This document shows positions 1 through 8,471 of a stretch of 64,000 nt of DNA, piece after piece; the first letter of the stretch is position 1, and each line of letters opens with the position of its first letter. A model generated the notes under the pieces. That model was not told the origin of the DNA, did no database searches, and saw only the letters and a list, made by a program, of their open reading frames with translations. The DNA is from Candidatus Caldarchaeales archaeon (lineage in GTDB: Archaea; Thermoproteota; Nitrososphaeria_A; Caldarchaeales; Calditenuaceae). Location of the stretch: assembly GCA_039630085.1 (NCBI GenBank), contig JBCNVM010000008.1:7179-71178 (forward strand), written 5' to 3'. The position numbers and the translations under genes were made by a program.

Positions 1-307
1 GGCTCAGGACGAACCTCGCCTCGCTCGCGGTGTAGGTCACGGTGGCCAGCGTCTTCCCGGACCTGCTCCTGACGGTCCTCAGGGTCGGCCTCTCCTCCGC
101 CTCGGGCGCCGGCTGCTGCTCCGCGGCCCTCCTCGCTACCAGCATGTCGGCCCTCTTGAAGCTCGACTTCGCGAGGGCCTCGTCGACGAACCTCACCATC
201 GCCTTCAGCCTCTCGAGCTCCGACTGGAGCTCCGATATCCTCCTCTCGAGCCAGGCCTTCAGCTCGGCGAGCTCCTGGGCCCTCTCTCCCTCCTCTGAGT
301 AATCCAT
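1..307 (-). CDS. Hypothetical coiled-coil protein, 5' part only (runs off the window); last visible gene of the Ub-E2-E1 operon
   Basis: My own reverse-complement translation from the ATG at 305-307 gives MDYSEEGERAQELAELKAWLERRISELQSELERLKAMVRFVDEALAKSS..., with no stop in 102 codons. It starts 7 nt after the E1 stop, and GAGG lies in that spacer. The track's + strand ORF 42-302 is its shadow. Confidence 0.5.
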   Translation of the reverse strand, partial: MDYSEEGERAQELAELKAWLERRISELQSELERLKAMVRFVDEALAKSSFKRADMLVARRAAEQQPAPEAEERPTLRTVRSRSGKTLATVTYTASEARFVLS

Positions 308-314
308 AGGCCTC

Positions 315-1526
315 TCACTCGGGCCCGTTGCCCGCCGGGGGATATGGGTCTTTCGACCCGACCCGCTCGGCGGCGATCAGCTTGAGCGGGAGCGGCGAGT
401 AGCGCCTGGAGGTCACGACGTAGACGATGGCCGAGCCCCTCTCGCCGAGGACCTCCGAGAGCCGCTCCTCGTCCTGGAGGACCCTGGTCCCGAAGAGGAC
501 CTCGACGTCGGGGAAGCCGAACCTCTCCGCTATCTCCTCGCGGAGCCTCGAGACGGTGCCGTCGGGCTCGACCTCCATCACCGGCGGCGACTCGCTATCG
601 CCGCAGACGATGCAGCCCTCGACCCTGCGGAGCGGGACGACCGTGAACCTGCAGGACCTTGCGTCGTATACCAAAAGGCCCCTCCTCGGCCTCCCGACCT
701 TCCCTCTGTGGACCAGCTTGAGGACCTCGGTCGAAGCTACCCCCGCGACGACCGCTGAGACGCTCTGGAGGGCTGGGAGCTTCGGCCTGAGCCTCTCCCT
801 CAGCGAGACGATCACCGAACCGACGACGGGATCTGCGAAGTCGGCGGGGTTGGAGTACTTGATGTCGTAGACGGTCTTGACGTTGTGGGCGAAGAGCCTC
901 CGGGCTGTCTCGAGGGGGAGCCGTATCCCCTGATCCTCCAGCTCCCTCATCAGCTCCTCCGGGGTCCTCTTCCTGAGCGTGCACTCGGCGAGCCTCTCCT
1001 CCCGGGGTATCAGGGTCATGCTGTGGCACTCGAGGCACGCGGTCCTGAACGGCAGGACGACCTGGACGTTGCCGACCATCCCCTCCATAGCGCCGTCGAC
1101 CAGGGGCTTCGAGAGCGAGACCGCGACCGAGTTCAGCCACCTCCTTATCCCCCAGCTGTCGAGGCAGGAGCAGATGACGTCGGCCTCCGCGAAGACCTCC
1201 TCCCTCAGGTCCCTGAGGTCCGAGTGGTAGGCTTCGACCCGCACGTGCGGGTTCAGGGCCCTGAGCCTCTCCGCGGCCACGATCGCCTTAGGCTTTCCGA
1301 CGTCCTCCTCGAGGAAGAGCATCTGCCTGTTGAGGTTGCTCAGCTCCACGACGTCCCTGTCCACCAGTATCAGCCTCCCGACGCCTGCTAGGGCCAGGTT
1401 CTTCGCGACCTCGCAGCCTAGGGCCCCGACGCCGGCGATGAGGACCGTCGAGCGCATCACGAGCTCCTGGTCCCAGCCCTCGATCCTCATCTGCCTGTCG
1501 TAGCGCTCCAGGTCCGGAGTTCGCAT
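315..1526 (-). CDS. Ubiquitin-activating E1-like enzyme (ThiF/MoeB/UBA family) with a C-terminal ubiquitin-fold-like extension
   Basis: LIAGVGALGCEVAKNLALAGVGRLILVDRDVVELSNLNRQ is the Rossmann/adenylation motif of E1/MoeB enzymes. There are two CxxC pairs (CLEC, CIVC). The roughly 90-aa C-terminal tail looks beta-grasp-like. Only a 3-nt gap separates it from the E2 gene, and an AGGGG SD-like element lies upstream. Confidence 0.85.
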   Translation of the reverse strand: MRTPDLERYDRQMRIEGWDQELVMRSTVLIAGVGALGCEVAKNLALAGVGRLILVDRDVVELSNLNRQMLFLEEDVGKPKAIVAAERLRALNPHVRVEAYHSDLRDLREEVFAEADVICSCLDSWGIRRWLNSVAVSLSKPLVDGAMEGMVGNVQVVLPFRTACLECHSMTLIPREERLAECTLRKRTPEELMRELEDQGIRLPLETARRLFAHNVKTVYDIKYSNPADFADPVVGSVIVSLRERLRPKLPALQSVSAVVAGVASTEVLKLVHRGKVGRPRRGLLVYDARSCRFTVVPLRRVEGCIVCGDSESPPVMEVEPDGTVSRLREEIAERFGFPDVEVLFGTRVLQDEERLSEVLGERGSAIVYVVTSRRYSPLPLKLIAAERVGSKDPYPPAGNGPE

Positions 1527-1529
1527 GAA

Positions 1530-2021
1530 TCAGCCCCTGAGGACCTTCTCGGGGGTCGCGTAGAGCTCGATGTACTGCCGGACCCTCGCCTCGAACGTGT
1601 GGAAGGAGTTCTTCATCTCGTAGGCGGCCCAGGCGTTGAGGGGGTCGTCGGGGTTCGGGTTCGAGAGGAGGTTCTTCAGGGCCTCGATCACCGCGACCAG
1701 GTGTATGTTCGGGTACCAGTCCTTCGTGAGGATCGACTCGCAGATCCTCGCGGGGACCTCGTCGGTGAAGTTCGGGTGCCAGATCCTGGTGAGCCAGAGG
1801 ACCCTAGGGGGAGTGTAGGGGAAGGTCCTGTCGAGGAAGACCTCGACGAGGAACATCCCGCCCTCGTAGAGCCCGGTCCCGACTATCACGCCCCTGTAGT
1901 GGGTGAGGTCCCCCCTCACCGTGTCGAAGGTCGGCTCGTAGTTCCTCACCAGCTGGTACTCCTGGGCCAGCCTCCTGTACCAGAGGTGCTCGGGGAGGAG
2001 GCCGACCTCTTCGCTGTACAA
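1530..2021 (-). CDS. Ubiquitin-conjugating enzyme E2 (UBC fold)
   Basis: YEGGMFLVEVFLDRTFPYTPPRVLWLTRIWHPNF...ARICESIL...LLSNPNPDDPLN contains the canonical UBC core, the HPN motif and a catalytic Cys about 8 residues downstream. It has a TTG start 4 nt after the Ub stop, with GAGAGG just upstream. Confidence 0.85.
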   Translation of the reverse strand: MYSEEVGLLPEHLWYRRLAQEYQLVRNYEPTFDTVRGDLTHYRGVIVGTGLYEGGMFLVEVFLDRTFPYTPPRVLWLTRIWHPNFTDEVPARICESILTKDWYPNIHLVAVIEALKNLLSNPNPDDPLNAWAAYEMKNSFHTFEARVRQYIELYATPEKVLRG

Positions 2022-2025
2022 CCTC

Positions 2026-2262
2026 TCACCCGCCGACCGTCCTCGTGACCAGGACTAGCTTGTCCCCCTCCGCGACGCCCGCCGACTCCAGCGTCTCCGT
2101 GTCCCCGAGCGCCCTGCCCTTGTAGGTGAGCTTCGCGTCGTCGGGCCTGAGCTTCTTCATCGCGCAGACCCTGAGCTTTATCGCGCCCACGGTCGTGTTC
2201 GGCGGGACGTCGATCTCGAGGGGTGGTCCTCCTCCCACGGCGGGGACTATCCTCACCCTCAT
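2026..2262 (-). CDS. Ubiquitin-like protein, 78 aa, ending in GG directly before the stop codon
   Basis: MRVRIVPAVGGGPPLEIDVPPNTTVGAIKLRVCAMKKLRPDDAKLTYKGRALGDTETLESAGVAEGDKLVLVTRTVGG aligns by eye with eukaryotic ubiquitin (LEV.P.DT...VK..I, L.F.GK.L.D..TL, L.LV.R..GG). I chose the start at Met58 of track ORF 2026-2433, because the upstream extension runs into the tRNA gene and a TATA-like box lies 26-33 nt upstream of this ATG. Confidence 0.75.
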   Translation of the reverse strand: MRVRIVPAVGGGPPLEIDVPPNTTVGAIKLRVCAMKKLRPDDAKLTYKGRALGDTETLESAGVAEGDKLVLVTRTVGG

Positions 2263-2287
2263 CGCTACCCCTAGCGCCTTTCCTCGG

Positions 2288-2295
2288 CTAAATAA
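2288..2295 (-). promoter_or_regulatory. TATA-like box (TTATTTAG on the minus strand) for the Ub-E2-E1 operon
   Basis: An A/T octamer in an otherwise GC-rich spacer, 26-33 nt upstream of the ATG at 2262. The same spacing recurs at many first genes in this window. Confidence 0.4.
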
Positions 2296-2389
2296 GGTCA
2301 TCTTGCGTCGGCTGTTCGGCTGGTGGAGATCGTCCTCGTACGTCCTCTGCGTCCGGTCGAGCATCGCGGTACGCTCGGCAATACGAAGC

Positions 2390-2476
2390 CGCCGGGGGCG
2401 GGATTCGAACCCGCGCGGCTCACGGGGAGCCACAGGCTCTCAAGGCCTGCCCCTTGGTCCACTCGGGCACCCCGGC
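2390..2476 (-). tRNA. tRNA-Ser (anticodon UGA), class II with a long variable arm; no intron, CCA not encoded
   Basis: Minus-strand read: GCCGGGG-TG-CCCGAGTGGACCAAGGGG-CAGGC-CTTGAGA-GCCTG-TGGCTCCCCGTGAGCCGC-GCGGG-TTCGAAT-CCCGC-CCCCGGC-G. There is a 7-bp acceptor stem, a GGTTCGAATCC T-arm and the anticodon loop CU-UGA-GA. A TATA-like CTAAAAT lies 23-30 nt upstream (2499-2506). Confidence 0.9.
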
Positions 2477-2610
2477 CGACGGATCTCCGAGGAGGCCGGA
2501 TTTTAGGGTCCCCCGGAACGCGACCCCGTCAGACGCGACGTATTCCCTGCACTTACGGCCGGGAGTCTCCGGGGACAACGTTTTACGTGGGCTGGCACCC
2601 CGTGGGCCGG

Positions 2611-3090
2611 ATGGAGGAGCTCGCGAGGATGAGGGTGAGGCTGACGTCGGACCTGCCAAGGCTTGAGGTCGCCGGCAGGGTCTACGAGGGCCTGAAGACG
2701 GGAGCGGTGATCGAGGTCCCGGTCTGGGCCGCGGACGCGATGGTCAAGGCGAGGGTCGCCGAGGTGGTCGACGAGCTGGGCGTCCAGCAGCTCCGCCAGA
2801 TCTCGCTCAGGGAGACGAGGGGACAGGTCGAGCCGGTCCCGCTCAGGGAGGACTTCTACGGGAGGGCGAGGCACGCGCTGAGGAGGGCGAGGGAGTTCTC
2901 GGGAGAGGAGGCGAGGAGGTTCGAGGAGGCCCTGAGGGACGTGATCGCCGCGAGGGTCCACAAGGTCTGCGTCGCGGCCACGAAGGGCGCCGAGCCTCCG
3001 TGGCTGGGGAACCTGACGCCGGAGGAGAGGAGGCTCTACCTGAGGGCGAGGGAGCTGGTAGAGGAGTTCGTCTCGGAGGCGCTGAGGTAG
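2611..3090 (+). CDS. gins23: GINS subunit, Gins23-like (B-domain followed by A-domain)
   Basis: 159 aa from the ATG at 2611; the track ORF begins at 2323 but overlaps the tRNA. It has VPVWAADAMVKARVAEVV (GINS B-domain-like) followed by a helical Arg-rich domain. Its TAG stop directly abuts the MCM TTG start, matching the gins23-mcm operon known in Sulfolobus. Confidence 0.5.
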   Translation: MEELARMRVRLTSDLPRLEVAGRVYEGLKTGAVIEVPVWAADAMVKARVAEVVDELGVQQLRQISLRETRGQVEPVPLREDFYGRARHALRRAREFSGEEARRFEEALRDVIAARVHKVCVAATKGAEPPWLGNLTPEERRLYLRARELVEEFVSEALR

Positions 3091-5097
3091 TTGGGGTCGG
3101 ACGGGCGGCCGGTGGAGGAGAGGCTCGTCGAGCTCTTCAAGCGGGAGAAGTACAGGGACCTGATAGCGAGGGCCGTCCTCTCCAACAGGCGGTCGGTCCC
3201 GGTGGACTTCCCGGACCTCGCGGTCTTCGACCCGGAGTTCGCCCCGGCCCTCCTCGAGCACCCCGACAGGTACCTCCCGGTGCTGGACGCGGCGCTCACC
3301 GAGCAGGTCAGGATCGAGTTCCCCGAGCAGTTCGGGAGGAGGTTCAGGGCGAGGGTCAGGGGGCTCCCGGAGGCGCTCAGCGTCAGGGCGATCAGGTCCG
3401 CGCACCTCGGGAAGCTCGTCATGGTCGACGGGATCGTCGTGAGGGCGACGACGGTCAGACCGGTCGTGGTCAGGGCCTTCTACAGGTGCAGGAACTGCGG
3501 GAGGGAGTACGAGGTCGAGGGCTGGAGGGGGGTCCCGAGGTGTTCGAACCCCCGGTGCGCCGAGAGGAAACCCGCGATGGAGAGGCTCGAAGAGAAGACC
3601 GAGTACACCGACTCCCAGCTGCTCGGCCTCCAGGAGAAGCCCGAGGAGCTCCCGCCGGGCCAGCTTCCCAGGACGATCGAGGTCTCGCTGACCGAGGACA
3701 TCGTCGACACGGCCGCGCCGGGCGACAGGGTGACGGTCTGCGGCGTGGTTAGGGCGGTCGCGGAGAGCAGGGGAGGCGCGCCCACAGGGCAGCTGAAGAT
3801 GAGGATCGAGGCGGTCTCGCTGGAGACGAGGGGCAAGGAGCTCGAGTCGCTCGCGATCTCCCCCGAGGACGAGAAGGAGTTCAGGAGGATGGCCTCCGAA
3901 CCCGGGATCTACGAGAGGCTGGTGGCCTCGATAGCGCCCTCGATCTACGGACACGAGGCGATCAAGGAGGCGATACTGCTGGCGCTGGTCGGCGCGAGGC
4001 AGAAGGTCTTCCCCGACGGCGTGAGGGTGAGGGGGGACGTCCACCTGCTCCTCGTGGGAGACCCGGGGACCGCGAAGTCGACGCTGCTGCTCCACGCAGC
4101 GCAGATCGCCCCGAGGGGCGTGTACACGACCGGAAGGGGCTCGACGGCCGCCGGCCTCACGGCAGCGGTGATCAGGGAGCAGGGAGGGGGGATGGTCCTG
4201 GAGGCGGGCGCGACGGTCCTCGCGGACATGGGGGTCTGCGTCGTCGACGAGATCGACAAGATGAGGCCGGAGGACAGGGTCGCGATGCACGAGGTGATGG
4301 CCAACCAGACCGTCAGCATCGCGAAGGGAGGAATAGTCGCGACCCTCAACGCCAGGTGCAGCATACTCGCCGCGGCGAACCCTGAGCTCGGGAGGTACGA
4401 CCCCTACAGGCCATTCAACGAGAACGTGAACCTGCCAGTGACGCTGCTGAGCAGGTTCGACCTGATCTTCGTCCTGAGGGACGAGCCGAACCCCGAGGTC
4501 GACAGGAGGATCTCGTCCCACATGATCTCCCTCCACCTGAACAGGGCCCCTGCAGAGGCCGCCCCGGTCCCTCCGGAGACTCTGAAGAGGTACATCGCGT
4601 TCGCGAAGAAGTTCAACCCGGTCCTGACGGAGGAGGCCGCGAAGGAGATCCAGCAGTTCTACCTCCAGATGAGGTCGGTCTACGAGAGGACATCGACGGT
4701 CGCGATAACCGCGAGGCAGCTCGAGTCGCTGGTGAGGCTGGCCGAGGCCAGGGCGAGGGCCCTCCTGAGGGAGGCTGTGACGAAGGAGGACGCGCAGGTC
4801 GCGATACGGCTGATGAAGAGGAGCCTCTCGGAGGTGGGGATAGACGTGGAGACCGGGAAGCCTGACATCGACGTGATCATGTCGGGGAAGCCGCTGAGCG
4901 TGAGGGAGAAGCTGACGCTGGTATTGGACGCGATCAAGAGGCTCCAGCAGCAGCACGGCTACGCCGACGACAACGCGCTCAGGCAGGAGCTGGCGGAGAA
5001 AGGGCTGAGCAAGTCCGAAATCGACAGGATACTGAGCAGGATGATCTCCGACGGCAGGATCTACTCTCCGAAGCCCGGGACCTACAGGGTAACCTGA
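3091..5097 (+). CDS. mcm: MCM replicative helicase
   Basis: Zn finger CRNCG...CSNPRC, Walker A GDPGTAKS, Walker B CVVDEIDKM, arginine finger SRFDLIF, and a C-terminal winged helix. 668 aa, no intein. Confidence 0.95.
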   Translation: MGSDGRPVEERLVELFKREKYRDLIARAVLSNRRSVPVDFPDLAVFDPEFAPALLEHPDRYLPVLDAALTEQVRIEFPEQFGRRFRARVRGLPEALSVRAIRSAHLGKLVMVDGIVVRATTVRPVVVRAFYRCRNCGREYEVEGWRGVPRCSNPRCAERKPAMERLEEKTEYTDSQLLGLQEKPEELPPGQLPRTIEVSLTEDIVDTAAPGDRVTVCGVVRAVAESRGGAPTGQLKMRIEAVSLETRGKELESLAISPEDEKEFRRMASEPGIYERLVASIAPSIYGHEAIKEAILLALVGARQKVFPDGVRVRGDVHLLLVGDPGTAKSTLLLHAAQIAPRGVYTTGRGSTAAGLTAAVIREQGGGMVLEAGATVLADMGVCVVDEIDKMRPEDRVAMHEVMANQTVSIAKGGIVATLNARCSILAAANPELGRYDPYRPFNENVNLPVTLLSRFDLIFVLRDEPNPEVDRRISSHMISLHLNRAPAEAAPVPPETLKRYIAFAKKFNPVLTEEAAKEIQQFYLQMRSVYERTSTVAITARQLESLVRLAEARARALLREAVTKEDAQVAIRLMKRSLSEVGIDVETGKPDIDVIMSGKPLSVREKLTLVLDAIKRLQQQHGYADDNALRQELAEKGLSKSEIDRILSRMISDGRIYSPKPGTYRVT

Positions 5098-5110
5098 CGG
5101 TGGACAGCGC

Positions 5111-7246
5111 TTGGAGGTCGAGGCCCTTCCAGTCTCCGAGGGGATGAAGAGGGCGCTGAGGTCGGAGGGCGTCGAGCGGCTCTACCCGCACCAGGTCAGC
5201 GCGATCGAGCGGGGGCTGATGGAGGGCAGGAGCATGGTCGTCTCCGCGCCCACCGCCTCCGGGAAGACGCTCCTCGCGGTCCTCGCGGCCTACAGGCACC
5301 TCTCGGAGGGGAGGAAGGTCCTCTACCTGACGCCCCTCAGGGCCCTGACGACCGAGAAGGTCACCGAGTTCGCGCGCCTCTTCGGCGAGGCGGGGATGAG
5401 GGTTAAGGTCAGGGCGGCCTCCGGCGACTACGACGACAGGGGCGACTGGCTCTCCGACAGCGACCTGGTCGTCGCGACCTACGAGAAGGCCGACAGCCTG
5501 GTCAGGCACGGGGCCTCTTGGCTCGGGAGGGTCAGGCTGATCGTGGTTGACGAGGTCCACATGATCGGCGACAGGGAGAGGGGGCCGACGCTGGAGATGA
5601 CGGTCGCGAAGCTCCTCGAGGTCCTCGGGGGGCCGCAGGTCCTCTGCCTCAGCGCGACGATCCGGAACGCCGAGGAGATAGCCCGGTGGCTCGACGCCGA
5701 GCTCGTCAGGTCCGACTTCAGGCCCGTCCCGCTGAAGGAGGGCGTCCTGGTCGAGAGCGAGAACATGGTCCTCTTCTCCGACGGCACCTCGAGGCGGCTC
5801 GAGGAGATGGGGGACGGACTGCTGGCCGCGGTGAGGGACGGGCTCCGGAACGACGGCCAAGTCCTCGTCTTCGCGATGACTAGGAGGAAGGCCGAGGCCT
5901 ATGCGAAGAGGATCGCCGGGTCCTTGGTCGAGCTTGGCGACGGAGAGGAGCTCAGCCGGTACGTCGCGAGGGCCCTCGAGGACCGGGACTCCCCCTCCAG
6001 CGAGCAGCTGGCCGAGCTCATCTCAAGGGGCGTCGCCTTCCACCACGCGGGCCTGAGCTTCCACCACAGGTCCCTGGTCGAGGAGGCCTTCAGGTCGAGG
6101 GCCCTGAAGGTGCTCTGCGCGACCACGACGTTGGCGGCCGGCGTGAACCTTCCGGCGAGGACCGTGGTGATTCCGGAGTACCGGAAGTACGCGGGGAGCA
6201 GGGGGTACGAGGAGCTGAGCGTGATGGAGTACAAGCAGCTCTGCGGGAGGGCCGGGAGGCCGAAGTACGACAGGGCGGGGTACGCGGTCCTGATCGCGAG
6301 GACGCCCAGGGCGGCCCGGGAGCTGATGAACGCGTACGTCCTCGGCGAGCCCGAGAAGGTCTGGTCGTTCCTGGCCAGCGAGAGGCACCTCAGGTCGCAC
6401 GTCCTCTCCCTGGTGGCTACCGAGATCGCGACCGACGAGCCCTCGCTCCACAGCATCCTCGGGAGGACCTTCTTCGCGCACCAGTACGGGCAGGGCGTCC
6501 TCCGGAACAAAGTAGGTCCGGTCCTCGAGTTCCTCGAGGAGAACGGCATGATAAGGAGGGGCAAGGGGATCGAAGCGACCCCGCTGGGCAGGAGGGTCTC
6601 GGAGCTCTACATCGACCCGATGACCGCTGTGAAGATGCTGGAGCTGACCTCCGGCGACTTCGTCCCCGAGGAGCTGGCCATGCTCGCGGTCGTCTCGATC
6701 GTCCCGGACATGCAGGACGTCCCGGTGCCCGGCGTCCCCAAGTCGGTCCTCTCGAGGGTCGCGGAGGAGAACCGACGAATCCTGCCCCGGCTCCCCGACC
6801 CCGACGACTCGCCCGACGAGTACGAGCTCTACCTCGAGGGCCTCGCGATCGCCCTGACGCTCGAGGAGTGGATCGGGGAGGTCAGGGAGAAGGAGATCTA
6901 CGAGAGGATGAGGATCGAGCCCGGAGACTTCGCGGTCCTCAGGGAGAGGGCCGAGTGGGTCGCGTACTCCGCGGGCCAGGTGCTGAGGGTCGTGGGGAGG
7001 AGGGGAATCGCCTTGAGGTTCGCGGAGCTGGCGGAGCGGATCAGGCACGGCGTCAGGCCCGACATACTGGAGCTCGTCTCGATCCCCGAGGTCGGAAGGG
7101 TGAGGGGGAGGGAGCTCTGGAGGAACGGCTTCAGGTCGCTCAGGGAGATCGCCGAGGCCCCGGTCGAGAGGCTCGCGAAGGTCCCGGGAATAGGCCAGAG
7201 GCTCGCGGAGAGGATCAAGGCCTACGCCGTCGCCGCTGCCCGGTGA
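5111..7246 (+). CDS. hel308: Hel308/Hjm Ski2-like DNA helicase
   Basis: LYPHQ, SAPTASGKT (motif I), VVDEVH (motif II), SAT, HHAGL, QLCGRAGR, and a C-terminal HhH-like domain. 711 aa. Confidence 0.9.
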   Translation: MEVEALPVSEGMKRALRSEGVERLYPHQVSAIERGLMEGRSMVVSAPTASGKTLLAVLAAYRHLSEGRKVLYLTPLRALTTEKVTEFARLFGEAGMRVKVRAASGDYDDRGDWLSDSDLVVATYEKADSLVRHGASWLGRVRLIVVDEVHMIGDRERGPTLEMTVAKLLEVLGGPQVLCLSATIRNAEEIARWLDAELVRSDFRPVPLKEGVLVESENMVLFSDGTSRRLEEMGDGLLAAVRDGLRNDGQVLVFAMTRRKAEAYAKRIAGSLVELGDGEELSRYVARALEDRDSPSSEQLAELISRGVAFHHAGLSFHHRSLVEEAFRSRALKVLCATTTLAAGVNLPARTVVIPEYRKYAGSRGYEELSVMEYKQLCGRAGRPKYDRAGYAVLIARTPRAARELMNAYVLGEPEKVWSFLASERHLRSHVLSLVATEIATDEPSLHSILGRTFFAHQYGQGVLRNKVGPVLEFLEENGMIRRGKGIEATPLGRRVSELYIDPMTAVKMLELTSGDFVPEELAMLAVVSIVPDMQDVPVPGVPKSVLSRVAEENRRILPRLPDPDDSPDEYELYLEGLAIALTLEEWIGEVREKEIYERMRIEPGDFAVLRERAEWVAYSAGQVLRVVGRRGIALRFAELAERIRHGVRPDILELVSIPEVGRVRGRELWRNGFRSLREIAEAPVERLAKVPGIGQRLAERIKAYAVAAAR

Positions 7247-7787
7247 ATCCCTCGCCGCCGAGGACCGCGATCGCTTCGTCGAGGCCCCTTATCCTCTTGA
7301 CCTTGGAGTCGTCGGGCACGTTCCTGTTCCAGGGCTGGTCCCTGAGCAGCAGCACCCCCTTCCTCCCGATCAGGTCCTCCGCGAGCCTCGGCGAGTCGTC
7401 GATGTAGACGTCGTAGCCGAGCTCCGCCTTCCTCGCCACCCCTATCACCAGCGCCCTGTAATCGACCGAGTGGAGATCCAGCCAAGACCTAATGTGCCGC
7501 TCGTCCTCCCTCGGCCTCCCCGTGACCACGTCGACCGTCCCGAGCTCCGAAAGCGCCCTCACCTTCTCGGCCAGCCGGTCCTCGGCCGGAGGCACATCGG
7601 GCCATTTGCTCCACGCCCTAGAGAATATCGCCCCGAACTCGGCCTCCGTTATCCCGAGCCTCCTCCAGAAGTCCCACTCGTCGACCGACTCGTACGCGAG
7701 CCTGGGGAACCTCTCCGCGTTCCAGATCTCCAGCCAGACCTTCATCGTGTTGGCCAGCACGCCGTCGAGGTCTAGGGCTATCCTCAT
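7215..7787 (-). CDS. HAD-superfamily phosphatase, 5'(3')-deoxyribonucleotidase-like
   Basis: N-terminal IALDLDGVLANT (HAD motif I) and IDDSP near the C-terminus. The 3' end overlaps the Hel308 3' end by 32 nt (convergent). Confidence 0.6.
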   Translation of the reverse strand: MRIALDLDGVLANTMKVWLEIWNAERFPRLAYESVDEWDFWRRLGITEAEFGAIFSRAWSKWPDVPPAEDRLAEKVRALSELGTVDVVTGRPREDERHIRSWLDLHSVDYRALVIGVARKAELGYDVYIDDSPRLAEDLIGRKGVLLLRDQPWNRNVPDDSKVKRIRGLDEAIAVLGGEGFTGQRRRRRP

Positions 7788-7903
7788 CCGACGCGAGTCG
7801 CCGCGCCGATCTTATCCGCCTTTCGCCGAGATCCGCCGGAGCTGCTCCGCGGACGCTCTCCGATGTAAACTATATCACGGAGCGTTAGCGATCGGATCGT
7901 GAT

Positions 7904-8329
7904 ATGGTCCGGCAGGTAGACTTCAAGTCGGCGCCGATCGACCCGGACTTCAAGAGCAAGCTCACCAAGACGGGGACGCACCACAACCACGACGTCTGGG
8001 GCGAAGGCGTCCAGAGGTTGGACGCGGAGGGCAAGCCCTACCCGACAAAACTGGGGGTACACGGATCGGTCGTCGCAGTGGACTGGGACTCCTGCGTCGC
8101 CGACGGAGCGTGCATGGACGTCTGCCCCGTAAACGTCTTCGAGTGGTTCCTCAACCCCGGCCAGTCGGGCTCAGGCAAGGACAGGGTGATCGACCCGAAC
8201 AACGACAGGGAGCTCTGGGAGAAGTACAGGACCGACAAGTCCGACCCTGTGAGGGAGTCCGACTGCATCTTCTGCATGGCCTGCGAGTCCGCCTGCCCGG
8301 TGCTCGCGATAAAGATCTACCCGCCGTAA
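7904..8329 (+). CDS. zfx: Zinc-containing ferredoxin (Sulfolobus-type, two Fe-S clusters)
   Basis: A His-rich N-terminal extension (THHNHD...VHG) precedes DWDSCVADGACMDVCPVNVFEW and CIFCMACESACPVLAIKIYPP. A TATA-like AACTATATC lies about 30 nt upstream. Confidence 0.85.
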   Translation: MVRQVDFKSAPIDPDFKSKLTKTGTHHNHDVWGEGVQRLDAEGKPYPTKLGVHGSVVAVDWDSCVADGACMDVCPVNVFEWFLNPGQSGSGKDRVIDPNNDRELWEKYRTDKSDPVRESDCIFCMACESACPVLAIKIYPP

Positions 8330-8355
8330 CCGGGCTGAGCCTTCGCCGGGGACCG

Positions 8356-8360
8356 TTTTT
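8356..8360 (+). terminator. Oligo-T tract after the ferredoxin gene (possible archaeal terminator)
   Basis: A TTTTT run 27 nt after the stop codon, in a GC-rich spacer. Confidence 0.3.
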
Positions 8361-8471
8361 CGCCTCACTGAAGAACCCCGAGTGATTTCCGCGGCTGCGT
8401 GCCCGCCATTTAACTGCGGATAACCGTGACGGGTTCGGTTTAAATCTCTGCGAAGCGAGGGTCCGGAAGCG

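Noticed and set aside
42-302. 86-aa + strand ORF at the left edge
   Set aside because: It is Ser/Ala/Leu low-complexity sequence. The opposite strand gives a clean coiled-coil ORF that starts 7 nt after the E1 stop, preceded by GAGG.
2263-2433. N-terminal 57-aa extension of the ubiquitin-like ORF (track ORF 2026-2433)
   Set aside because: The extension overlaps the tRNA-Ser gene (2390-2476) and contains the TATA-like box. The Met58 start gives a 78-aa ubiquitin-sized product.
2262-2620. tRNA-Ser as an integration site, which would make the Ub operon part of a mobile element
   Set aside because: There is no integrase, no compositional shift, and I could find no partial duplicate of the tRNA 3' end by eye within the window. 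The window ends 2.4 kb away, so this cannot be fully excluded.
2503-4956. 817-aa ORF on the minus strand, antisense to gins23/mcm
   Set aside because: Its composition is extreme (Arg, Pro, Leu, Asp, His runs), with no motifs. It lies exactly opposite a gene with unmistakable MCM motifs. This is the classic shadow ORF of a high-GC3 genome.
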